A stretch of 56,938 nucleotides of DNA, filler included, from Sphacelaria rigidula (Eukaryota), in NCBI GenBank assembly GCA_964200075.2. It is 7 parts of 7 records of this genome, joined end to end, with 100 filler letters (N's around TTAATTAATTAA, not from the genome) between each part and the next. Parts side by side here need not be neighbours in the genome. Positions count along the whole stretch, not along the records: positions 32,595 to 40,642 come from CAXNAA020012503.1; positions 40,743 to 48,790 come from CAXNAA020012504.1; positions 48,891 to 56,938 come from CAXNAA020012505.1; 4 more parts are not named here. One strand, given 5' to 3'. The first letter of the stretch is position 1. Every line of letters begins with the position of its first letter. The position numbers and the translations under genes were made by a program. Under the pieces are notes generated by a model. It was not told the origin of the DNA. It saw only the letters and a list, made by a program, of their open reading frames with translations, and did not search any database. Positions 37,436 through 50,693 of this stretch are shown one piece after another.

Positions 37436-38184
37436 ACCAAATAATATAGGTCAATATTATAGCTCTATATTACACATATGCTTATTTCCCTTAATATATA
37501 CTATATTGTATATAGTATGTTCAATATAAATATATTATATACAGTCATATATATGAATATTCATCAAGGGGGAGCATATACTGTATTATAAAATTATATA
37601 TTTATATATAGATACTATATAATATATAACATATGATCCTTATATCATATATTACATATTATACATATATAAATAAATATGTAAAGAAGCAGAAGCAAAC
37701 ATATACCCCGCAAAGCCCGCCAAACTCTTCGGATTTTGTCAATGTTCGTTGATTACTCTCTTGCAACAAAGTTAACAGAAAATATTGAAAAAAACAGGAC
37801 GATTTTAATCGTCGGAAATTGCTCTCCGGCCTCTGAGGTCTTCGGGACAGAACGGGCAAGGAGCAGAAGCAGATACACGAACCCCACAAAGCCCACCAGA
37901 CTTTCCCGTTTTTGTCAGCATTTATTAATCCATTTCTTGTAACAAAATTAACAGACATAATCAAAACAGTGTTTATTGATCAATTTCTTGCGAGAAACTC
38001 AACAAAATAAAATCGAAAAAATCATGACAATTTTCGAAAAAATGCCCTCCGGGAGGGGAGGGGGGAGTGGCCTACGTGTCCGAATTTTTTCGCTCGACAG
38101 ACCCTTGTTTCATCCTTTTTTTTCCACTGGAAAATGATCCATTTACACCCGGAATCGCCCATATGCATGGGGTATTCAAGACAA

Positions 38185-38361
38185 ACAGGCGATCCTGAAA
38201 AATGGGAACATTTTTCCATGAGAACGAACTGAGGTCGAGATTGCACACTATTTTAAACTCAAGGCAAACTTTGACGGGTACCAGCTACAATACCATGTAC
38301 ACGGTCGACCTCAGTTTGTTCCACTTGAAAAATCTCGTTTCAATTTCTCAGGATCGCCTGT
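38185..38361. repeat. Small MITE-like inverted repeat
   Basis: ACAGGCGATCCTGAAAAAT / ATTTCTCAGGATCGCCTGT plus inner AACTGAGGTCGA / TCGACCTCAGTT. Confidence 0.7.
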
Positions 38362-40642
38362 CACACGTCATCAACTAAAACAACACGAGAATCGCATCTA
38401 CGCTATATCGAATTCGTTGGGGGAAGATTGTCACATTTGTCGAAATAGGCGAAGTGAAGTTAGAGCTCTTCGACCGACGCGCCCTGACTAACTCCTTTTG
38501 AATTTCGGCCAACTTGCGAGACAATGTCGCCCGTTGTTTGTTTCGACTGTTATTCAACTATATTCAAGACCTCATCAGGAGTCGAGCGCTCAGCGAATGG
38601 TACGTACAACTGTATAGAAAACATCCTCAATGGAGGTATTTCAGACTCGAGGTTCCCGATATATTCAACAGTAAAAGAAAGGTATTGAATATACCGGGAA
38701 CCTCGACTTTGAGATGTCTCTAATGCATTGATGATGTTAAAAAAATCATCAAAAGCCCAAAACATGACGGATAGTGCATACTAGTATATAGAAAAGTTGG
38801 TGAAGTAGGATTTGGGCGGGGTATGCGTGTTGGCGCAGGGGGCGAGAAACCAGCCGCTCCGGGGGTGGTTTCCACCGTGAATTCAGCAATTGTACATATT
38901 GTTTCGACCTTAACCGTGCAATGGCGGTAAGTTTGGTTAATACGTATATTTGAATATGATCAAGATTTTAGGAAAGAACAAAAATATGGTTCTTGCCCCG
39001 GGTATTTAATGAATGCGCCCCCTCCCCAAATCGTGATCACACGGGTGGCATTTACCGTTTTATCCTGTTACACACAAATGTCGATGTACGTAGACACACG
39101 AACGCACCGATAGAACGTGTGAACAACGAAGGATGTGTTGACGATCCCCCGTTTCTCCCCAACTGGGAATGAAATCGCTCTATCCCCTCCCCAAACACGA
39201 GTGAGTGTCATCTCCAGTTTTGGCTAGTTCCATAGGCATTTACACGTGAATGGTGACGTCCCTGAACCCACAAGAGAGATCATTCGAACGTGTCCACCCC
39301 CTGCTACTGCTTTATGACCTCTTCCTCCCTCCCTATCCCCTTTTCTAAAGATGAGATCAACCCCTCCCCGAACACGCTCAGCGGGAAGAGAGTGTTCTCC
39401 CACGTTTTGAGCCTTTTGCGGATGAGCAGCAAGTATTGTGAAGACATGATCGGTATCGGTAGAGAACCTGCAATCTACGCTAGCTGCTAATACAATCCAT
39501 TTTTCTCTACGGGAATGCAGATATCCCGGGAAAGACGTTGATCCACCCCCTTCCTACGTACGTGTCGGGATCATAGTGTATCGTCAGGGCTTGTTGCATG
39601 CAAATGTCGTTGGCCCTGAACACGCGAGTAGTGGCTAGAATGTATGCATCCTATTCGTTGATTCGACAAAACCCTTGCCCTCCTCGCCGACGATGAGATG
39701 AGCATATCTACTCCCAAAACACCCTCACCCGGGGGGAGGGGGTTATTCGACGTGTTGGCCGTATGAGAGCGGACTGCATGATGCTTCTGAATGCACGATA
39801 GGTACCGTCAGAAAATCGACACCCTTACTACGTACCTCCAGCTTAGCCAGGAGCACCATCGTTCGTTCGCGACAGGACAAAACGGTGGATACCACCCCCG
39901 GGGACGGCTACCTTCTCACCCCTGGGAAACCATGGGCCCAACCTCCACATTGGACATCACCAATGCATTGGAGATGTTTTCTATATCGCACATGTTATCC
40001 ACTGAATCTTCTGCTCTTGATGAGGTCTTGGATATACTGAAGCAGTCGAAACAAGAACGGGGCGACATTAGCCCGCAAGTTGGCTCAAATTCAAATGAAC
40101 CGGTCAAGACGCGTCGGCCGAACTGCTGAAACTTCACTTCCCGTTTGCGAGGGCGAATTTCACCCAATTTTAATAAATGATGTGTCCACCACAACTACTG
40201 TACTTTGATAGCGTAGATGCGGTTCCCGGGTTGCTGTTGTTTATCACGTGTCTTCAATACCCCATATTGGAGATGTCCGATCTAAATTGGCCATATTCCA
40301 GTGAAAGAAGGGTTAATATTGCACAAGGCACCTCGGATTCGGCGCCTCCACCACATTTGTAATCGTTTATTTTTTATTTTTTCCATTCGAATCAGAATTG
40401 GGCCCGCGAGGCTTTGGCTTGGATTGCCGCGGAAGTGCCCTGTGTGGTAAATTTGAACGATACAATCACTACTTTGTCTACTGCTTTTTGCATCCCCCCT
40501 CTCCGTACTCCGTTCCGGATAGGATGCGCGGTCAATGGTCAGATGACTAAGGCAAGCAACAAATAAGCCCCCCCCCCGCCCCCCCCCACCCCCCCCCCCC
40601 CCCCCACCCCACACCCCCCAGACCCCCCACCGCCCCCGTCCC

Positions 40643-40742
40643 NNNNNNNNNNNNNNNNNNNNNNNNNNNNNNNNNNNNNNNNNNNNTTAATTAATTAANN
40701 NNNNNNNNNNNNNNNNNNNNNNNNNNNNNNNNNNNNNNNNNN
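40643..40742. other. Artificial contig linker
   Basis: 100-bp N run with TTAATTAATTAA. Confidence 0.98.
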
Positions 40743-43700
40743 GTTGCTGTTCAATGGTTGCTTCGGGTGTTTAAGAGGATCCGAAGCGGCCACCTTCCCC
40801 GTCGTTTTGCAACGCACGCTTCAGTTGCGCATCGTCCAAGACATCACAGTTCCACTCCCCCGCCAATGAGGATGCCAACACCGAGAGAGACATCCGAGGT
40901 GCACGACCAAACAGCACGTGATACGGCGTACTATCGTACCGACGGCGATATGCTGTATTCAGCGTCCATTACACAGCAGGCAACACGTCCACCCACTCGG
41001 TCACCTCTCGACGCTTCGCGAGAAGAATAGATCAAAGAGCACGAACTATTTCCTCGACCATGAGTTTGCACGTACCGTTAGACCACGGAGAATATGTCAC
41101 CGCAAAGCTGTGATCAACGTGTAATGCCTCTCGCAAGCGGGTCAGGATCGTGTTCTTGAAATGCGTGGCGGTATCACGCACCCACACACGCGGCACTCCC
41201 AAAGTTTTGCACCAATTCAGCAAAGATGCAGCGGTCGATTCGGCAGTACACACTGCTACTGGTTCTAGAGCCATACAGTTGCTCAAACCATCCATGATTA
41301 CCTAAATGTAACGAAATCCAGCACCCTCCGACAAACCTTGGGAAGCTAGCGGGCAACTCTTGCCCACGTACAAGAAGTCAAAATGAATGACTTCATTGGG
41401 TGTAGTCCCATGGACCGTTTCACCGAGCGGGCGGTGAACAACATCACCCACGCTCGAATCAGCACAGTGAAGACACTGTCGGACAAACTCGCGCACCTGA
41501 GTTTCCATTCCCTGCCAAACACAAAACTCTTGCAAGCGCACAAGAGTCGCAGCCACACCGCGATGCCCGGCATCGCGCATATGCGCACAAATCATCAAAC
41601 GTGTGTGCAATTGTTTGTCGGAGCTGGGAATCCACAACACGTTTCGGCCACGTACATGCACACGAAACAAACCTGCATTGTCCAAAATCGTAGTACCAAC
41701 ATCCGACTAGAAGGATTGCACATCCGCATCAGTGGCCCCAATTTCTTTCCGTTGAGCTTGGCGGACCACAGATTTGGACGGCATCGCATCATCAGCTTCA
41801 CACGGACCAGATACAGTCACATTGCGCGGGCATAGCGGGAATATTGACCCAGCGCGACAGCAAGTCACCCCACGCGTTACGTTCACCCGAAATATGACAA
41901 ATCGTATACCGATACTGGCCTAATACATTTTTCCACCCCTCCAATCGTTGTGACATCGCCTTCGACACAGACGTCACGCATGCCTCCGGGTTGAAAATGT
42001 ACGCTAGCTTGCGGTGATCCGTGAAAATATGCACGCCACTCCACAATAGATGCTCGAGACGACGAAAAGTGCTCACGATAGCAAAGCCTTTCTTGTCAAT
42101 GGTTGCCCAACGCATCTGTGAACCCTTGAAATTACCAAGAAAAGCCAGTGGTTCATGCGCCATGTCTTCAATCGGCAACCGTTGTTGCATTTCTGCATCA
42201 GGCACCTGCGTTACAAAACTACCCTAATGATACTCCGATGCATCCGGAAACATCAACACCTGGCAACCGGGGCGGGGATAGAACAGCGTCACGGCATGAG
42301 CCACCAGATCCTTCGCTTCCGCCCATGCCTGCAGCCTGTCCTCCGTCCGCGATGCGGGCGGAATAACCCGGTTTTTGGCTACCCGCTTCGTGCGCCTTGC
42401 AGCCCCCACCATGAGTTCTTCTAGGAAAACGCGCAAGGGCGCCACTACTTCGGCCATACGTGGCAACGAGGTACGCAACCAGTTCATTACGTGCAGGAAT
42501 TGCATCAGTTCTGCTGCTGTTTCTGGACGCCGCATGTCAGACAAACTTTGCAAGCGGACCGGTTCATGCGAGACGCGGCCGTGTGAATATACTTTCCCAC
42601 ACCACACTAATTCACTAGCAAAAAAGGTACACTTGTGGGCAGCTGCAAACAGACCAACACTCTCTGAGCGAGCCAAGATTGCATCAAGCGTATCCAACAG
42701 CTCGTCTTCCGTATCCGCGAAGAAAAAGATATCCACCCAGATCTTGCATTTCAAGTCATCTAAAAGGTCTACCATGACACCTTGAAAATAGGGAGTAGCA
42801 TTCAACACGCCTTGCGGTACTCGTTGCGGGGTAAACATGCCAAACGGAGTCGTGATGGTGAATATCTCTTGCGCCTTTTCGGCCAACGGTATCTGCCAGT
42901 ACCCCTGTAGGAGGTCCAACTTACCGAAGCATCGCGCGCTCAACAGGTCTATCATGTCGGATTCCTGATTGGGCATGACACCCGGCGACTTCTCCACCTG
43001 ATCATTGACGGCTCCGTAATCGCTGACAAGACTGAAAGAGCCCCTCTTCGGCACCGCCATCGCTGGACTGGAACACACCGCCTGTATATTCCTGAACACC
43101 AACCCAAACGCCACAAGAGCTCCCATGCAAGAAGCTAAACAACTGGATTTTACTGGATCATACCTCCTTGGTTTTGCCTTCACCGCGGCTGCCCCTGGCT
43201 TCAGTGTAACCCTCATTGGTTCCACTCGCGCAGGGGGATCACCCATCAGCGCACGACGAAACGCGTTAACGTGGGGATAAAATATGCCACGCAAGCGCTC
43301 CGCTTTTGAGATGTTGAGGCAATTTTCCACAGCACCCGTCACGCTTTCCTCCAGCGCAGCCATTCGCGCGGACTCCTCTTTTCCGGCTCTATAAACATAT
43401 CGGAGCCACGGTCTACGAAGCATTCCACCGCCTCATCGCGCTCCTCGGATACCTGCCCCCCCGCCTCCTGGAGAGCATCAACCGACAAGCTCACTCTGCG
43501 ACTGGCCAAAAAAGCAGGCGTCTCGACACTCGAACCGGGCGACGGCATTTGCGTTTTTAGGGACTCTAACAGTCGATCATACGGGTCGACTCCGAGTTCC
43601 CGAAGCGTCGGTAAGCCCAACAGAACGACACCATCCGTCCCCGGCATGATCGCAAACGATATCGGGGGCAATTTCGCTGGCCCCCAGGTGGTCCTGAACG

Positions 43701-45605
43701 CCAACTGTAGGGGGATCGTACGCTCCGTGACATTTACACGTTGCCCCGATGCGGTGATGGCCTGCCGCGCCCCGAGCGAAAACGGAATGCGGATTTGCTC
43801 ACCAGGGAGTAGACGCTCCAGCATCTCCACAATCAGTACCGACACGCTCGTGAAATGGGCGCCTGAATCCAACACAGCGTTGACCGATATGGCTCCCCGC
43901 GCCCGTTGATTTGGGAGATATCACTCTGCAGGGATACATTTCCCTTGATCCTCGACCGGCACCTGCTCCGCCGACTGATTTGCCGTGATCCCCACTTGGC
44001 GCCACGGCTGCGCGTGCGGCGCAGGCATAGATGCCCGCGCCGGGGTAACCGGCACCGCCGGCGGGTACGAAGCCCCGTCCGCAGAACCAAATTGCAGCGG
44101 TACTCCGGCCGACGCAGCAGCGGATCCAAATTTCAGCTGAAATCCGGCCGGCTCAGCAGCAGGCGTCTCGCCTTGCTCTGCTGCTGGCGGCGCCGGCACC
44201 GAGCCCAACACTTCAGAGGTCGGTCCCACCTGCACCGCCCATTGCGGAGCAGTAGCCACTGCGGCTGAGCCGTACCCAGAACCGGACCCCTGCCGACGCC
44301 TATGCCACTGCTGCTGCTGCTGCTGCTGCTGCTGCTACTGCTGGGAACTCGACTGCACACCTCCACCGCTGGACGATCCGCCTCCGCCACCACCCCGAAT
44401 ACCTTTTCCTTCTTTGTGATTACGAGGGCGCGCGGCACTTGTCTTCCCCGACTCCCCCTCGGAAGGCGTTGGGCACTTGCGTGCGTAGTGGCCTACCTGA
44501 CCACACTGAAGGCAAGTGATGTTGGCGGCGGCACTGCCTGCGGATTTTGATCCGCGGTTACGCGAGCTCGAAGACTGCGGCGACGAAGTGGATGATTTCC
44601 CGAATACTTCAATCTTCCGCCATGCCTGAGCCTCAGCCACCACGGTATCCATACTTAAGTACGGGTCTGACTTCCAATTGGTTTCGTGCTGAAATTACAC
44701 GAGCACGGCCTGTTTGAATTCCGCCGGTGCCAGACTCTCCACCATCGCTTTCGTGATCACCGCAGCGGGCCCTGGACGGAACTTCCCATCGGAGGAACGA
44801 TAAACCATCTCAACGTTGGGATTTTCGGGAAAATGTGTCTCCAGCGTTCCCATGATTGGCTTCACCCTCACACGCATGGTGTTCCCCTTGTGGTTCATGG
44901 CGACAGCCTTCGCCACTGACGCGGACGCCTGGGTTAGCTCTACCTCAGCGCCCGCCGCTTGCCCTGACTGCTGCCGAGATAGCCCCCCCCCAAACCGGCC
45001 GAAAACGTGCACGGAGGCAATGGTCATAACTGCCATTAAAGCTGGTTTCGTGCTGCACGGCGCGACTGATTTGGGCGTTATAGCTGATTTCGGGCTGCTA
45101 CACGCCTCTCATGTGGGCGAAATTTCTGCAAACGAGCCCAATAGTGGGATCGCAGCCGGTTCGTTGGATGTTGCCGGTGCACTTTTTGTGGGGGGGCTAT
45201 CTCGGCATTAGTCCCCTGCATGCTTCTTGATCGCTGCAGCCAACTGTAGCGGCGTTATTGTGTTCTTCTCGTGGAATCTTCTCGCAAAAACGCGTTGGAG
45301 GGGGTAGTCACGAGTTGCGCCATGGATACCACCTGATGCCTTACCGCATCCCCCGCATTCGCATACTCCACCCGCTTCTTGTATTCCGCATATATCGTAT
45401 AAAACGAACGAGAAGCACACTCAGAATACAAATTCCCGTTACTGGGAGGCCGCAACTCTTCTTTCAGAACAACTGGTGTTACGGTCGTCTCCGCTGGCTC
45501 TTCGGTCGGCACCTCTGTAATCGACATTTCCGAGCGGACCTAATCGAAGGCTTCTGAACCTTCTCGAACTCCACAATTTACACCTGCATTCGTCACCGCA
45601 CCACA
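40743..45605 (-). mobile_element. Ty3/Gypsy LTR retrotransposon gag-pol, frameshifted, truncated within integrase at contig start
   Basis: Minus-strand order: gag (from about 45527), zinc knuckle CLQCGQVGHYARKC (about 44500), protease VLDSGA (about 43875), RT (LDLLQGYWQI, RVPQGVLNA, WVD- in place of YxDD; 43423-42224), RNase H (DASEYH, FTDHRKL), integrase (HMRDAGH...CLHC, HFDFLY, VRDTATHF). Confidence 0.95.
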
Positions 45606-45825
45606 CAGCCGTGGGGTCCTATAAACTCCCGCTGCACGCAGCTCCAGCAAGTCTTCAGTCTGGATCAATCACGGGCCAGCCGCCTTTGCAGCTACCTCAG
45701 CTTGAGCCCTCCTCACGCGTCCATGAAGCAATATTTCCGAAGCTGTCCAGACCCCTCTTTACTGAAAAGTTCCCAGCAATCACTAACGATAGCACTACTA
45801 GCACGACTATCACTACTATCGATAT

Positions 45826-46087
45826 TGTGACGCCAGCAGGTTGCTAGTACTGCAGCGTCTAATGATGTTGAGGGACTCCCCAGTTCCACTGGCCTCAGGT
45901 TTCACTTGTTATCCCTTACAACAACTGTTATTATCCTGGAGTGTCACTCAGGCACATACGCTCCAGAACCCACATCAGGGTATCACCCCTGTGTCCATGT
46001 CATCATCCATATCATCGCTACTACAGATCCCAAGTCATCATCCATATCATCACTATATACTCAACGTGACGGCGTGATTTCGTCACA
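45826..46087. mobile_element. Probable solo LTR (262 bp)
   Basis: Ends TGTGACG...CGTCACA (7-bp perfect inverted termini); 5-bp flanks GATAT / GGTAT. Confidence 0.65.
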
Positions 46088-47799
46088 GGTATAATGATAG
46101 ACGTACCCCAAAAAAACGAAACTGAAACACGCTCTGAAGAAAAAAAGGAACAGAAGAGAAAAAAAAGTCGAACAGAACGACATAGCAGGCGAAGTCGTAA
46201 CAAAAAAAAGTGATAAAAATTCAACACAAGTAAAGCACAGAAAAAAACGGCCGTCCTAAAACAACAACAAAAAAGGGAAAAGAAGAGGAAAGTCAAGGGC
46301 AAAAACAAAATACGATAAAACGATGAAAAAAAGAAGGGAAAGGCTCAAGGGGTTCAGGGCAGCAGAGTAGATACAGATACACACCAGTGGGTACCGCAGA
46401 GCCACCGACTAGCAAACATAATCAACAAGCGATATGAGCAGACAGGATTCTCCGATTGGCAGCCCTCGACGCAGTAATCTTTCGCTTGTGACGGCGGTCT
46501 GATTCTCGCTTGTCCGCGCGTCGCAACGTGTTCTCAAACTCTTCCGCTCCCCTTTCGACTCCACTATGCCATTTGCCCATGTTCTTCGCCGCAGTGACCC
46601 AATCGTGTGCATCGTCAACCTCTACACCGTAGCCAGAACGAGTACGAATCTCGTGTACAGATGTCCGTGGTCACCTGGTGGGGAAGAAGGGGTTGTTCTA
46701 CGAAACGGCCCGTGAAAAAAAATGATGCAAGGGACCGTGAACAATCGGTACTGAAATGTGAAAGCGGCAGGTTGTTGGCTTGGCAAAGGGCTCAGGTCAG
46801 GAACAGCAGCTGACGGTGAGCAACGATGCACCGTCTGCAGTGTTTCCTGTAACAAATCTGTAGTAGAAACCTTGTCCTGTCAGAAAAGAGGGGGCAACAA
46901 GGCCAAGTACGTGAGCCAGCGATGGCTGGGCGTGTGACCGTGCTGTACTGAACGACCAGGAATGGTTGTGTTGTGCAGGTATCACGCACGTCAAGCGCGA
47001 AGTGCAGGTGTGTATTTTGCAAAATACACAGCAACACAGCAAAGCGGGGTTGGCGCGTCGATGCGCGTTGACCCAGCGTGGCACAAGGCGTGCAGTCATA
47101 CACTGCAGCAAGCAGCGAGCAGCAAGAATCGCGAGTCGCGAGCACAATGTACGGGGTAACACGAAGGGGAAAGTTTTGCAGTAACTAACCACTGACTACC
47201 TAGCAAGTCGGGAAACAGCTAAATTTAATTTTGTCTACCTCAATTAAAGACCGCGAAGAGAAAAATTGTCAACAGCAAGCCACGCGCACGTAACTCGACA
47301 AACAGAGATACAGTCGGTCTTGAGAAGGAAAACAAAATTGCAAAAGAAGAGACTCCTCAGTCAAACGCCAAATGTAATGAGATTATGCTGTTATACATGG
47401 CAAGCACAGGCTCACTAGGCAGGGCAAGGGGACAGTCAACAGACCGTACAACCAAGCCACAATTTACTGTTCAGTGTACGTTCGCACTGTATACCAGTCT
47501 TGCACGGATGTGTCCAAGGATACCAAAATGTCACGCTTAGGTAGATGTTATCAGTTCTTGATTGCTTGGTCTCAACCTTACGATATCCAATCTTTCAATC
47601 CAGTCTCTCACGCTCAATCAATCAGTCTCACCGGTCTTAGACTTCTTTGCTGGGAGAGGGGAGTAGATGGTAGTGAGGTAGGGTGGCTTGGGTGTGCAAA
47701 GACACACCCAAGCCATCACCATATCTACCATATACAAGTTCACACTCGTATCTGACCAACTGTGAACACCTGCAGTCTTAGAACAACCAGAAATGCAAT

Positions 47800-48190
47800 A
47801 TAAAGCCGGGCTCATCGGACTCATCGACGGGTCTGAGGCAGCATGACAACAGGCTAATATGCTCCTCATGACACCTCGCGGTCAAATGAGATAGGGTTAA
47901 CTAGCCTCGTTCCACGAGTGTTTTCGTTGGGTGCACGTTGCTTTGTACTTCTGTGCTGAACGCTATTAACAGCTTTTTCGTGATATTGAGAGTAGAGCGC
48001 TGATTCAAAGTGGCTTCGATAATTCGCTGTAACTTGGCCAAATTATCATTCCATGTGTGCTTTTCTTTGCCTCCATCACTGGCGTGTGCGTACAGCTACA
48101 CGTCGATGTCCTACTGAGGGATATCAAACGCGTCGGTGGCAAGCTACTGTGGAAACCATATTGGGCCTCGGGGAGGGGCATTTCGGAACT
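47800..48190 (+). pseudogene. Degraded hAT (DUF659-like) transposase relic
   Basis: One frame with five stops: IDGSEAA*QQANMLLMTPRG...ALIQSGFDNSL*...ITGVCVQLHVDVLLRDI. This follows the hAT order DGW...NxxxxTPxG...QxxTDN...CxxHxxDLLLxDI. Confidence 0.45.
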
Positions 48191-48721
48191 GAAACGATTC
48201 ATTTACCGATTGACCTCGTGTCACTCTCAATCGTATCCTCTCCTTTCAATTTCACGAAAACATTGTTTATTATACTGCTCTATATAATGCGTGACGACCA
48301 GTACTGCATCCGTTGCTTGAACCAACCGTCGATGATGCGACAACCGTCCGTTGGTGATGGAAGAGCCTAGCTTGACCCTGACACCCCGACATCGCAACAG
48401 TTTAATGGTGTTCCACAACCCATCGGATCACAAAAAACCGACGCGCTCTGAGTTGTGCGTCCAGTTATTGTGTCCATGCGGAGAGACTTGGCAACTATTT
48501 CCGGCGAGAAAAGGGCGTGGTCGTTGTGACGTCCGTGAACGGCAAATGAGCGGGAAAAGAGCCGAATGTGTGGGCGCCATGGTTGGAGATGGCGCGTATA
48601 GACTCCCTTACGCGCGGTGTGCCGCATCAGGTACAGTGTAGAGAGCGATGGCCTAGCAAAGGTACGTTCTCGTTCGATCGGTGGCCCAGGTAAGGTAGGA
48701 TTGAAGAGTCATCCTGCGATA

Positions 48722-48790
48722 GGGGGGGTGTACTTATGATCATGCATGCCATAGTCATAAGACCATTGACCTCGCATCCCTACAATACCG
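48722..48790 (+). repeat. Terminus of element R1, cut by contig end
   Basis: GGGGGGGTGTACTTATGATCATGCATGCCATAGTCATAAGACCATTGACCTCGCATCCCTACAAT. Confidence 0.85.
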
Positions 48791-48890
48791 NNNNNNNNNN
48801 NNNNNNNNNNNNNNNNNNNNNNNNNNNNNNNNNNTTAATTAATTAANNNNNNNNNNNNNNNNNNNNNNNNNNNNNNNNNNNNNNNNNNNN
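48791..48890. other. Artificial contig linker
   Basis: 100-bp N run with TTAATTAATTAA. Confidence 0.98.
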
Positions 48891-48952
48891 TGTAGGGATG
48901 CGAGGTCAATGATCTTATGACTATGGCATGCATGATCATGAGTACACCCCCC
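48891..48952 (-). repeat. Terminus of element R1 at contig start
   Basis: Reverse complement of the R1 terminus. Confidence 0.85.
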
Positions 48953-49610
48953 TCCTATCTCCCCTCAAACACTCAAATTTTCGATCTTGGGGTCTACGTG
49001 TCCCGAAATCTTTTCTCCACAGACCCCTGGTTCACCTCCATTAAGTTGGTAGTCTCTACTACTGTGGTGATGAGCTTGCATGAGAGAGCCTAACCCTCAA
49101 CCTCGGTGGGGCCAGTCGTGTGGTGTATGGTGTATGGTGTATGCTAGCACCGCTGTAGCTGGGGGGATGCTAGTTTCATCACATTTGTAGGACCTGACCT
49201 GCTTGGTGGAGGTGTGTTCACCACTGGGTCAATGACGAAATTTCTCGGAAACCTTTTTTTTTAAATACAGTAACGCTAACTCCAACCCTGAAACCAACTC
49301 AAGGCATATCGAGAACCCTCGGGCGAGGGAGGTGTGAAGCGTTCCCTAGGCAACGCGTGGCGTTGGCAGACCTCGAAACGGCGCCGCAGGCGCCGATTTT
49401 GACGAAAACACGTCCTGCGCACTCGAGGGGCAGTTGGGGCTGTCAGCCCCGCCAAAGATCGTCATCTTCCAACCTCCCGTCCGGGCTATTGCCATACTCC
49501 TCACTCAGTATGCCCCATCTCGTACCCACCGCCTCTCAATCCTGTCCTTGTTTCAAGCTCTGTCCTGCGAATCTTACCCAGTCCACGTCCACCTCGCGCC
49601 CATATAATAG

Positions 49611-50417
49611 TAGAGGCAGGCACCGGTAGCCGAAAAAGAAAGGGCGGTTACCGGATAGGAGGTATTTTTCTCAATAATTAAGAGAAGGTTAAACCGGCTG
49701 AAAAAAAACGGTTTAACCGGTTCACCGATAATCGGTTTACCCTGATGAGCAAGGGAAAACGCCTCCAATCAGCTGAAGCGCAGGTATATTTGGCGTCGTT
49801 GTCGTGTGTTTCGTGTGTGGTGGGTAATTGATACGCTCAAACACACCCTTCGCCTGTGACAGCAAGGTTGAATATCACACCTCCGCACCCGTACAGCACA
49901 GTGGCTGGCGACAGCAAGTTTAATGGTTGATGGAAAGCAGTGTCGGTTACTTGAACAGCTGCTGTTCGAAACTTGAAACTGGCATGGGTAAATCGATGAT
50001 GCATTTTCACGCAAGACTACTCAGTCTATGTGGAGACTCTCGGCGTGACCTATACGGTGCAAGCCAACATAGGGTGACGAAAGGGAAAACTTTGAACCTC
50101 ACACACCGCCCGCCCCTGCAACCCAAAGCCCAAAGATAGGAGGGTCTCCCTCGACTTTGCATGGGAAAAGTGGAGCGCCTCGGTGTTAAAAAACGGCGCA
50201 ACAGCGGACAACGGTGCGTGTGACGTGTCACACTTGACCGCAACTGACCCGGTTAAACCAGTTAAACCACCGCAATACCGCCTCCTTCCCGATTGGACCG
50301 GTGAACCGGTTTAATCGGGGGAATAACTCTCAAGTTTTCCAGAACCGGAACCGGTAAACCTACTAGGTTTCCCAACAACTGGTTATATCCGTTTTTGCCC
50401 CACGGTGCCCACCTCTG
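49611..50417. mobile_element. hAT-like non-autonomous element with AACCGG subterminal repeats
   Basis: Imperfect TIRs TAGAGGCAGGCACCGG / ACGGTGCCCACCTCTG; dense AACCGG/CCGGTT clusters at 49620-49745 and 50245-50390; no TSD recognisable. Confidence 0.6.
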
Positions 50418-50693
50418 GTCTCTACACGCGTTGTACCCGAGTGAGAAGCTGTAACTTATCCACACCCACCGTCTCGGGTGTGGCAGTTCCAACCCCGGAC
50501 GGTGTGTGTGTGTAGGTTGTAGCTTCTCACTCCGTGCAGGGGTACGGCGAGTGTGGGGATGTGAGGTGGACTCGGACTGGGTAAGCTTTACAGGGCAGAG
50601 CTTCGAACAAGGATGAGACTAGGAAAGGTGGGTGCGTGACCGGGCATCTTGATCGAGGATTATGACCATAGCCCGGATGGGAGATAAAGTTTT

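Noticed and set aside
39000..40360. Coding-like fragments near the end of contig 5
   Set aside because: Multiple stops and no motif I can assign.
48722..48952. R1 termini facing each other across a gap, resembling one TIR element
   Set aside because: The two halves are on unrelated length-sorted contigs, so the pairing comes from concatenation.
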